This document shows positions 13,739 through 24,011 of a stretch of DNA of 24,115 nt, piece after piece. The stretch is from Burkholderiales bacterium (GTDB lineage: Bacteria > Pseudomonadota > Gammaproteobacteria > Burkholderiales > SG8-39). The DNA is taken from the NCBI GenBank assembly GCA_035631735.1, contig DASQIG010000406.1:1-24115 (forward strand), read 5' to 3'. The position numbers and the translations under genes are program-made. The notes under the pieces are model-generated. The model had not been told where the DNA came from. It made no database searches and saw only the letters and a list, made by a program, of their open reading frames with translations. How positions within the stretch are numbered: position 1 is the first letter of the stretch; every line of letters starts with the position of its first letter.

Positions 13739-14983
13739 ATGGCGCAGATCCTGGTCGTCGACGACGAGGTGGGCATCCGCGAGCTGCTGTCCGAGATCCT
13801 GGAGGACGAGGGCCACCAGGTGGCACTCGCCGAAAGCGCGGCGGACGCGCGGCGCGTGCGCGAGCGTGCGCGCCCCGATCTCGTGCTGCTCGACATCTGG
13901 ATGCCCGACACCGACGGCATCACGCTGCTCAAGGAATGGGCGGCGAGCGGCCAGCTCAACATGCCGGTGATCATGATGTCGGGGCACGCGACCATCGAGA
14001 CGGCCGTCGAGGCGACGCGCATCGGCGCGCTCGACTTCCTGGAGAAGCCGATCGCGCTGCAGCGCCTGCTCGCCACGGTAAAGCGCGCGCTGCGCCACCC
14101 TGAGTCGGTGCCGGCGCCGCAGCTCGCGTTGACCGCGCTCGGGCGCTCCGCGGCGCTCGCCGATGCGAAGAAGCGTCTCGCCCAGCTCGCGCAGGTCGCC
14201 GCGCCGCTCATGCTGCGCGGCGAGCGCGGCATGCGTGCGGAACTGTTTGCCCGGCTGCTGGTTCCGGCCGGCGCGCCGTTCGTCGACGGCGCACAAATGC
14301 TCGACGAGGCGCCTTCGGAGCTCCTCGGCAAGGCCGCCGGCGGCGTGCTTTTTCTTCCCGACCTGAGCCGATTTGAGCGCGCCGAGCAGCGCCATCTCGA
14401 ATTCCTGTTGCCGCGCGCCGACAAGCACAAGGCGCGCCTCGTGTCGTTCTCGAGCGTCGATGTGCGCGTGCTTGTCGAGAAGCACGAGTTCGACCCCGAT
14501 CTTTGCATGCGGCTCGCCGAGCTCACGCTCAAGCTTCCGGCAGTGCGCGAATTCGCCGAGGACGTGCCCGACCTCGCCTCGCTGATGCTCGCGCAGCTGG
14601 TCGAGGCGCGCCTCTGCCCGTCGCGGCGGCTCGCGATCGCGGCGCTGAACGCTCTACGCCATCATTCGTGGCCGGGAAACCTCGCCGAGCTCGAGAGCGT
14701 AGTGAAGGACCTGGCGTTCACCGCGCTCGACGAGGAAATCCAGCTGCACGACGTCGAGCGGGTGCTCGCCGCCCGCGGCTCGCCGGGCGCGCTACCGGAA
14801 GTGACGCTTGACCGTCCCTATCGCGAGGCGCGCGAAGCCTTCGAGCGGGTGTACTTCGAGAACCTGCTTGCGCGCGAGCACGGCAGCATGTCGCGCGTCG
14901 CCGAGCGCTCGGGGCTCGAGCGCACCCACCTGTATCGCAAGCTCAAGGCCCTCGGCCTGCCCGTCGGGCGGCGCGAGGAATAG
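13739..14983 (+). CDS. NtrX-like response regulator (REC, degenerate AAA+, Fis-type HTH)
   Basis: ILVVDDE, LLDIWMPD, MSGHAT, FLEKP, HSWPGNLAELE, and HTH SRVAERSGLERTHLYRKLKALG. Starts 3 nt after the kinase stop. Confidence 0.9.
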   Translation: MAQILVVDDEVGIRELLSEILEDEGHQVALAESAADARRVRERARPDLVLLDIWMPDTDGITLLKEWAASGQLNMPVIMMSGHATIETAVEATRIGALDFLEKPIALQRLLATVKRALRHPESVPAPQLALTALGRSAALADAKKRLAQLAQVAAPLMLRGERGMRAELFARLLVPAGAPFVDGAQMLDEAPSELLGKAAGGVLFLPDLSRFERAEQRHLEFLLPRADKHKARLVSFSSVDVRVLVEKHEFDPDLCMRLAELTLKLPAVREFAEDVPDLASLMLAQLVEARLCPSRRLAIAALNALRHHSWPGNLAELESVVKDLAFTALDEEIQLHDVERVLAARGSPGALPEVTLDRPYREAREAFERVYFENLLAREHGSMSRVAERSGLERTHLYRKLKALGLPVGRREE

Positions 14984-15085
14984 TCAGGCCGGTTTCTTCG
15001 TCTTTTTCACGCGATGCGGCCGCTTCTTGCCGTAGCTGCCGCGGTAGATCTTGCCGCGCCGCGTGCGCTTGTCTCCCTTACCCAT
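14984..15085 (-). CDS. thx: 30S ribosomal protein THX (bS31/bTHX family), 33 aa, not in the ORF track
   Basis: Hand translation gives MGKGDKRTRRGKIYRGSYGKKRPHRVKKTKKPA*. It closely resembles the Thermus Thx N-terminus as I recall it ([23 protein letters not shown]). Confidence 0.92.
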   Translation of the reverse strand: MGKGDKRTRRGKIYRGSYGKKRPHRVKKTKKPA

Positions 15086-15092
15086 GCGGCGA

Positions 15093-18809
<3,717 letters not shown>

Positions 18810-18818
18810 GTACGCTCC

Positions 18819-18857
18819 AACAAGAAAGGCCCGTTCAGCTTTGCGCGAAACGGGCCT
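18819..18857 (-). terminator. Intrinsic terminator in the metH leader (riboswitch expression platform)
   Basis: AGGCCCGTT-(13 nt)-AACGGGCCT followed by TTCTTGTT, ending about 9 nt before the metH GTG. Confidence 0.75.
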
Positions 18858-18922
18858 GTTCGACGCGTCTCTTTAGCGGCATTTGTAACGCGCCCGCAAG
18901 CTGAACATCAAATCGGCGCGGT
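18857..18922 (-). ncRNA. SAM-II (SAM_alpha-type) riboswitch aptamer
   Basis: AC-CGCGCC-GAUUU-GAUGUUCA-GCUUGC-G-GGCGCG-UUAC-AAAU-GCCGCUAAAG-AGACG. P1 CGCGCC/GGCGCG is a perfect helix, and the conserved GAUUU, GCUUGC, AAAU and GCUAAAG blocks are in SAM-II order. It lies upstream of a methionine biosynthesis gene. Confidence 0.85.
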
Positions 18923-18928
18923 AGTGGG

Positions 18929-18957
18929 AGTCTGCCCACAGGGCTTGGACGTGTCAA
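18929..18957 (-). promoter_or_regulatory. Putative sigma70 promoter for metH
   Basis: Perfect TTGACA (18957-18952) - 17 nt - CAGACT (18934-18929). The predicted +1 is the A at 18922, 2 nt before riboswitch P1. Confidence 0.65.
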
Positions 18958-18972
18958 TCGCGGCCCTATAAT
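18945..18972 (+). promoter_or_regulatory. Putative sigma70 promoter for the thioesterase gene
   Basis: TTGGAC (18945-18950) - 16 nt - perfect TATAAT (18967-18972), 11 nt before the ATG at 18984. Confidence 0.55.
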
Positions 18973-18983
18973 CCGCGGCTCCC

Positions 18984-19436
18984 ATGGCCGCTGGCGCGGA
19001 ATTTCACTCGATCGTCGGGCGGTTTGCGTGCCGGGTGCACTGGGGCGACTGCGATCCGGCCGGGATGATTTTCTACCCGACCTACTTCCGCTGGGTCGAT
19101 GCGGCGAGCTGGGCGCTGTTCGAGACTGCGGGTTACGGGCCGCAGTGGATGAAGCGCGAGCACATCGCCATGCCGCTCGTCTCGGCGCAGTGCGAATTTC
19201 TCGCGCCCGCGGTTCAGGGCGACCGCTGCGAAGTGCGCTCCCGCATCGGACGCTTCGGCGGCAAGTCGTTCACCGTCGAGCACGACATCGTGCGCAGCGA
19301 CGGAACGGCCCTTGCGAAGGCGCAGGAGACGCGGGTCTGGGGCCGCTACGTCGGCGGCCCGGGCACGCCCCTCAAGGGCGAGACGATTCCGGAAGAGGTC
19401 AAGGCGCGTTTCCGCGCGCCCTCGCCCACTCGCTGA
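18984..19436 (+). CDS. Hotdog-fold acyl-CoA thioesterase (4-hydroxybenzoyl-CoA thioesterase / YbgC-like)
   Basis: RVHWGDCDPAGMIFYPTYFRWVD (catalytic-Asp motif), PLVSAQCEFLAP, RIGRFGGKSF. Confidence 0.88.
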   Translation: MAAGAEFHSIVGRFACRVHWGDCDPAGMIFYPTYFRWVDAASWALFETAGYGPQWMKREHIAMPLVSAQCEFLAPAVQGDRCEVRSRIGRFGGKSFTVEHDIVRSDGTALAKAQETRVWGRYVGGPGTPLKGETIPEEVKARFRAPSPTR

Positions 19437-19438
19437 GC

Positions 19439-20002
19439 TCAGAAGTCGAAGAACACCGTCTCGCCGTTGCCCTGCAGGATCACGTTCCACTCGAGCGCGC
19501 CCTCGCCGACCTTGCGGGCAATCAGCGTGGCGCGGCGCTCTGCAGGCACGAGCGCAAGCACCGGATCGGTGGCGTTCGCTGGGTCGTCCGGGAAATACAT
19601 GCGCGTCATGAGCTGCTTCAGCAGCCCGCGCATGAACAGAGTGATATTGAGATGCGGCGCCTGCATGCTGCTGCCAAGGCCGGGGACGCGGCCCGGCTTG
19701 ATGGTGCTGAAGCGAAACGCGCCTGCATCATCGGTGAGCGAACGGCCGTAGCCGCGAAATGCGGACTCGAGCGGCTTGTCCTGCTTGTCCTCGGGGCTGG
19801 CGTAGCGGCCGTGGCGATTTGCCTGCCAGATCTCGACTGCCGCATCGTTCACCGGCTTACCGTCGGCGTCGATCACGCGGCCGCGTATCGTGACGCGCTC
19901 GCCCGCGACACCGCGCGGCGCAAGCTCCTCGATCTGCATCCATTCGAGCCCGATGCGCAGGTACGGCCCGATGGTTTGTGACGTCGTCGCACGCAGGCTC
20001 AT
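19439..20002 (-). CDS. pcaG: Protocatechuate 3,4-dioxygenase alpha subunit
   Basis: Start reassigned to ATG at 20002 (ATGA overlap with the pcaH stop). TTSQTIGPY, GRVIDADGKPV, EIWQANRHGRY, FSTIKPG, QAPHLN, TRMYFPDD, C-terminal ETVFFDF. Confidence 0.93.
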   Translation of the reverse strand: MSLRATTSQTIGPYLRIGLEWMQIEELAPRGVAGERVTIRGRVIDADGKPVNDAAVEIWQANRHGRYASPEDKQDKPLESAFRGYGRSLTDDAGAFRFSTIKPGRVPGLGSSMQAPHLNITLFMRGLLKQLMTRMYFPDDPANATDPVLALVPAERRATLIARKVGEGALEWNVILQGNGETVFFDF

Positions 20003-20709
20003 GGCACATTCTCCATCGGCGTTTGCTCGCGCCCGCGCAGGACGATGTCGAAGCGGTAGGCGAGCGCATATTCCGGAATCGTGTTTTCCCAGTCGAACAC
20101 CGAGATCAGGCGGTTGCGCGCCTTCTCGTCGGCGACGCAGGTAAACATCGGGTCGTAGTCGAGCAGCGCATCGCCGGGGAAATACATCTGTGTTACGAGC
20201 CGCTGCACGATGCCCTGGCCAAAGAGCGAATAATGGATGTGCGCCGGCCGCCAGGCGTTGTAGTGGTTGCGCCAAGGGTATTCGCCGGGACGGATGGTCA
20301 TAAAACGGTAGCGGCCTTCCTTGTCAGTGAGAAAGCGTCCCGCGCCGGTGAAGTTCGGATCGAGCGGCGCATCGTGCTGGTCGACGCGGTGGTTATAGCG
20401 GCCGGCGGCATTCGCCTGCCAGATTTCCACGAGGATGTCTGGCGCCGGCCTGCTGTTTTCATCAAGCACGCGTCCGCTGACCACGATGCGCTCGCCCACC
20501 GGCTCGCCTTTGTGCTGCTTGGTGAGGTCGCTGTCGCCAGGCTTTACCTCGTCGTAGCCGAACACCGGCGCAGTGACCTCCGAGAGGGTGTGTGGCAGCA
20601 CGACGAGCGGCTGCAGCGGTGCGCGCTTGACGGTCGATGCATACTTCGGGAAGAGATATTCCGGCTGCGTGTCCCAGTAGGGTCGGCGGTACGGCGTAAT
20701 GCTCGGCAT
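19999..20709 (-). CDS. pcaH: Protocatechuate 3,4-dioxygenase beta subunit
   Basis: YASTVKRAP, GEPVGERIVVSGRVLD, EIWQANAAGRYNH (Tyr ligand), EYPWRNHYNAWRPAHIH (Tyr, His, His ligands), TQMYFPGD, YRFDIVLRG. Confidence 0.95.
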   Translation of the reverse strand: MPSITPYRRPYWDTQPEYLFPKYASTVKRAPLQPLVVLPHTLSEVTAPVFGYDEVKPGDSDLTKQHKGEPVGERIVVSGRVLDENSRPAPDILVEIWQANAAGRYNHRVDQHDAPLDPNFTGAGRFLTDKEGRYRFMTIRPGEYPWRNHYNAWRPAHIHYSLFGQGIVQRLVTQMYFPGDALLDYDPMFTCVADEKARNRLISVFDWENTIPEYALAYRFDIVLRGREQTPMENVP

Positions 20710-20713
20710 GCGG

Positions 20714-21352
20714 CTACTCCGCGTCGGGTTGCTTGGACGGCTGCGCGCGGTCGAACGCCTCCAGCTTCATGCATTCTTCGAATACGCGCATGGTGATCGG
20801 ATACGGCCCCAGGTCGCTGCTATAGCGCTTGGCGTTGAAGATCTGCGGCACGAGGCAGCAGTCGGCGAGCGACGGCGCATCGCCGTGCGAGAACTTGCCG
20901 GTGCCCGGGCGGGCCAGCTCGGCCTCGACCTTCGCCAGGCCGTCGCCGATCCAGTGCCGGTACCAGGCATTGATGCCCTCTTCGTTCTGCCCGAGCGCGC
21001 GTTTCAGATGCTGCAGCACGCGCAGGTTGTTGAGCGGGTGGATCTCGCAGGCAATGAGGTACGCGATCGAGCGTACGCGCGCCCGCTCGAAGGCCTCGCT
21101 CGGCACGAGCCGCGGCGTCGGGTAACGCTCGTCCAGCCATTCAATGATCGCCAGCGACTGGACCAGGCGCGTGCCATCGTCGAGCTCCAGCGTGGGCAGC
21201 AATCCTTGTGGATTGACGCGCGCATAGTCGGGCTTGCGGTGCCCGCCTTTCGCGAGGTGCACGAACACCGGCTGATACGCAATGCGCTTGAGGTTGAGCG
21301 CAATGCGCACGCGGAATGCCGCCGAGCTGCGGAAGTACGTATAGAGCTTCAC
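20714..21352 (-). CDS. maiA: GST-zeta maleylacetoacetate / maleylpyruvate isomerase (MaiA/NagL-like)
   Basis: GTG start overlapping the upstream TGA. YFRSSAAFRVRIALNLK, NPQGLLPTL, QSLAIIEWL, CEIHPLNNLRVL, ADCCLVPQ, EAFDRAQPSKQPDAE. Confidence 0.92.
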   Translation of the reverse strand: MKLYTYFRSSAAFRVRIALNLKRIAYQPVFVHLAKGGHRKPDYARVNPQGLLPTLELDDGTRLVQSLAIIEWLDERYPTPRLVPSEAFERARVRSIAYLIACEIHPLNNLRVLQHLKRALGQNEEGINAWYRHWIGDGLAKVEAELARPGTGKFSHGDAPSLADCCLVPQIFNAKRYSSDLGPYPITMRVFEECMKLEAFDRAQPSKQPDAE

Positions 21353-22041
21353 AGCGGCGCGACGATTTTCACCCGCAGCTCGGCGACCCCATCGATGCCC
21401 GCCTGCAGCTCATCGCCCGGCTTCACCGGGCCGACGCCGGCGGGCGTGCCGGTAAAGATCAGATCGCCCGCTTCGAGCGTGTAGTGCTCCGACAGATAGG
21501 CAATCTGTTCGGGCACCGACCAGATCATGTCGGCGAGATCGGCGCGCTGGCGCTGCTTGCCGTTGACGTTGAGCCAGATCGCGCCCCTCGAGGGATGGCC
21601 GCTCTTCGCCGCGGGCACGAGTTCGCTGCAGGGCGCGGACTCGTCAAAGTTCTTGCCGAAGTCCCAGGGCCGGCCATGGTCCTTGCCCCACTGCTGCAGA
21701 TCGCGACGCGTCATATCGAGGCCGACCGCGTAGCCGAAGATGAAATCGTTGGCGCGCCGCACGTCGATGCGCCGGCCGCCCTTGCCGAGGGCGACCACCA
21801 GCTCTGTCTCGTAATGGTAGTTCGCAGTCTTTGCGGGGTAATGCACTTCGCCGCCACGCGCGACCAGCGAATGCTCGCTCTTCAAGAAGAAGAACGGCTG
21901 CTCGCGGCCGTCGCCGCCCATCTCCTTCTGGTGCTCGGCATAGTTGCGCCCGACGCAGAAGATACGTCGCACCGGATATAGGTCGGCGCTCGCCTTGACT
22001 GGCAGCGCAGGCGCGGTCCACAGGGGGATTGCGTAGGCCAT
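21349..22041 (-). CDS. Fumarylacetoacetate-hydrolase family acylpyruvase (NagK/FAHD1-like fumarylpyruvate hydrolase)
   Basis: PVRRIFCVGRNYAEH, PFFFLK, YHYETELVVALG, VGLDMTRRDLQ, PWDFGKNFD, GDLIFTGTPAGVG. GAGGA SD sequence upstream. Confidence 0.9.
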   Translation of the reverse strand: MAYAIPLWTAPALPVKASADLYPVRRIFCVGRNYAEHQKEMGGDGREQPFFFLKSEHSLVARGGEVHYPAKTANYHYETELVVALGKGGRRIDVRRANDFIFGYAVGLDMTRRDLQQWGKDHGRPWDFGKNFDESAPCSELVPAAKSGHPSRGAIWLNVNGKQRQRADLADMIWSVPEQIAYLSEHYTLEAGDLIFTGTPAGVGPVKPGDELQAGIDGVAELRVKIVAPL

Positions 22042-22058
22042 CGGATTCCTCGAAAACC

Positions 22059-22090
22059 CGCAATTCTATTCCGTGTACGATGCCGGCGAA
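22059..22090 (-). promoter_or_regulatory. Putative promoter of the FAH-maiA-pcaHG operon with an overlapping inverted repeat
   Basis: Minus strand TAGAAT at 22068-22063, with a weak -35 TTCGCC 16 nt upstream. The imperfect inverted repeat CGCAAT-N3-ATTCCG (22059-22073) covers the -10. Confidence 0.45.
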
Positions 22091-22541
22091 TCGCTTGCCA
22101 GCCCGACACGCAAAGCGCGCGCGAGCAGAGTTGCGGCACGGCATCCTGCCGGAGCTCCTCGGCTACCGGCTGCGCTTGGCGCAGCAGGCGGTGTTTCGCG
22201 ACTTCGCCGCGAGCGTCGGCGAGGTTTCACCCGGGCGCGCCGGCATCGTGCTGTTGATCGAAGCGAATCCCGGAGTCACGCAGGGCAGGCTCGCCGAGAC
22301 GGTGCGCCTCGACCGCTCGACCATGGTGGGCGTCATCGATTCGCTCGAAGAGCGCGGCTTCGTCGAGCGGCGCCGCGGGCGCGATCGGCGCACCAATGGC
22401 TTATGGCTGACACGGCCGGGTCGCGTAGTGGCGCTCCGGCTGCGCCAGCGCATCGAGCGGCACGAGCGTCGCGTCGCCGCGCGCCTTACCGAAAGCGAAC
22501 GGCTGCAGTTGCTTTTTCTGCTCGGGAAGCTTGCGCAATAA
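22080..22541 (+). CDS. MarR-family transcriptional regulator
   Basis: LGYRLRLAQ, NPGVTQGRLAETVRLDRSTMVGVIDSLEERGFVERR..GRDRR...LWLTRPG (winged HTH). Start ATG 22080 chosen; TTG 22131 is an alternative. Confidence 0.9.
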   Translation: MPANRLPARHAKRARAELRHGILPELLGYRLRLAQQAVFRDFAASVGEVSPGRAGIVLLIEANPGVTQGRLAETVRLDRSTMVGVIDSLEERGFVERRRGRDRRTNGLWLTRPGRVVALRLRQRIERHERRVAARLTESERLQLLFLLGKLAQ

Positions 22542-22543
22542 GA

Positions 22544-22563
22544 AAGGGCGCCGCAGCGCCCTT
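22544..22563. terminator. Probable bidirectional intrinsic terminator between convergent marR and amtB
   Basis: AAGGGCGC-CGCA-GCGCCCTT. The minus-strand tail is U-rich (TCTTATT after the stem-ending TT); the plus-strand tail is CCTTTCC. Confidence 0.75.
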
Positions 22564-22591
22564 CCTTTCCCTGCCGGCTTCTACGGACAGG

Positions 22592-24001
22592 TCATGCAAC
22601 CTGCTCGCCGTGCAGACTGACATCGAGGCCTTCGCGCTCTTCCTCTTCGGTGACGCGCAGGCCGATCACCATGTCGATCACTTTGAGGATGATGTAGCTG
22701 CCGATGCCGCTGACGAGCAGCGTGGTGAGCACGCCGTACAGCTGCGTTAAGAGACTGGCATCGGCGCCGCTGATGTCCTTGACGTTGAACACGCCGGTCA
22801 GGAGCGCGCCGACGATGCCGCCGATGCAGTGCACGCCGAAGGCGTCCAGCGAATCGTCATAGCCAAGCGCCTTCTTGAGCGCGGTCGATGCCCAGAAGCA
22901 AAGCACCCCGGCGGCGATGCCGATGACGAACGCCCCAGTGACCCCGACGAAGCCGGAAGCCGGCGTGATCGCGACCAGACCCGCGACGGCGCCCGAGGCA
23001 ATGCCCAGCACCGACGGCTTGCCTTTGGCGATCCATTCCGCGAACATCCAGGAGAGCGCGGCTACTGCGGTGGCGAGCTGCGTTACGACCATCGCCATGC
23101 CGGCACGGCCGTCGGCGGCAACGGCGGAGCCCGCGTTGAAGCCGAACCAACCCACCCAAAGCAAGGCAGCGCCAGTCACCGTCAGCACCAGGTTGTGCGG
23201 CGGCATTGCTTCCTTGCCGTAGCCGACGCGCTTTCCGAGAACCAGCGCGCACACCAGCGCGGCAATGCCGGCATTGATATGCACCACCGTACCGCCTGCG
23301 AAGTCGAGAATCCCCGCCGTCGCCCATTTGCCGCTCGTGCCTTCCCACATCATGTGCGCGATCGGTGAATAGATGAGGACCGACCACAGCCCCATGAACC
23401 AGAGCATCGCCGAGAACTTCATGCGGTCAGCAAAGGCACCGGCGATGAGCGCAGGGGTGATGATGGCGAAGGTCATCTGGAAGGTCATGTAGACCGATTC
23501 CGGAACCGTTACGCCGAGATGGCTGACGGTGACCTTATTCGCCTCCTTCATGTAGAGCATGCCGGAGAGGAAGAATCGGTCGAAGCCGCCGAAATACGCG
23601 TTCCCGGGCGTGAATGCCAGGCTGTAGCCGACGATCACCCAGAGCACCGTCACCAGGCAGGTGATGGCAAAACTCTGCATCACCGTGGCAAGCACGTTCT
23701 TCTTGCGCACCATTCCGCCGTAGAAAAGCGCGAGTCCGGGAATCGTCATCAGCAGCACGAGCGCCGTCGACGCGAGCATCCACGCCGTGTCTCCGGAATT
23801 GATTTTTGCGCCGTCGACGAGCTCCGGTTTCGTCGGTGCGGCCGGAGCGGCGGCAGCCGGCGGCGCGGCAGGTTTAGCCTCGTCCTTCTTCGCTTCAGCC
23901 GCAGCCTTGTCGGGCGCAGCCGCAGGCTTGTCTTGCGCGAGCGTCGCGCCCGCGAAAGCGAACGACAGCGCAAACGCCAGGAATGCACATAGCTTTTTCA
24001 T
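22592..24001 (-). CDS. amtB: Ammonium transporter
   Basis: Start reassigned to ATG at 24001 (GTG at 24004 is also possible; GGGAG upstream). Signal peptide, SGDTAWML, PGLALFYGGMVRKKN, FQMTFAIITPAL, DFAGGTVVHINAG (His), WVGWFGFNAGS, DDSLDAFGVHC (His), GLDVSLHGE. Confidence 0.97.
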   Translation of the reverse strand: MKKLCAFLAFALSFAFAGATLAQDKPAAAPDKAAAEAKKDEAKPAAPPAAAAPAAPTKPELVDGAKINSGDTAWMLASTALVLLMTIPGLALFYGGMVRKKNVLATVMQSFAITCLVTVLWVIVGYSLAFTPGNAYFGGFDRFFLSGMLYMKEANKVTVSHLGVTVPESVYMTFQMTFAIITPALIAGAFADRMKFSAMLWFMGLWSVLIYSPIAHMMWEGTSGKWATAGILDFAGGTVVHINAGIAALVCALVLGKRVGYGKEAMPPHNLVLTVTGAALLWVGWFGFNAGSAVAADGRAGMAMVVTQLATAVAALSWMFAEWIAKGKPSVLGIASGAVAGLVAITPASGFVGVTGAFVIGIAAGVLCFWASTALKKALGYDDSLDAFGVHCIGGIVGALLTGVFNVKDISGADASLLTQLYGVLTTLLVSGIGSYIILKVIDMVIGLRVTEEEEREGLDVSLHGEQVA

Positions 24002-24011
24002 CACGTTCTCC

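Noticed and set aside
18873-18908. 11-codon ORF (MFSLRARYKCR) inside the metH leader
   Set aside because: No RBS and no Met-codon enrichment as expected of an attenuator peptide. The sequence is fully explained by the SAM-II aptamer.
18810-18930. SAH or cobalamin riboswitch as the metH leader element
   Set aside because: The conserved blocks I recall for those classes are not visible, and the leader is too short for a cobalamin switch. The sequence matches SAM-II instead.
19999-20709. Type II (4-sulfocatechol-accepting) protocatechuate dioxygenase
   Set aside because: The YPW tryptophan of ordinary PcaH is retained. As I recall, type II enzymes replace it. A formal alignment would settle this.
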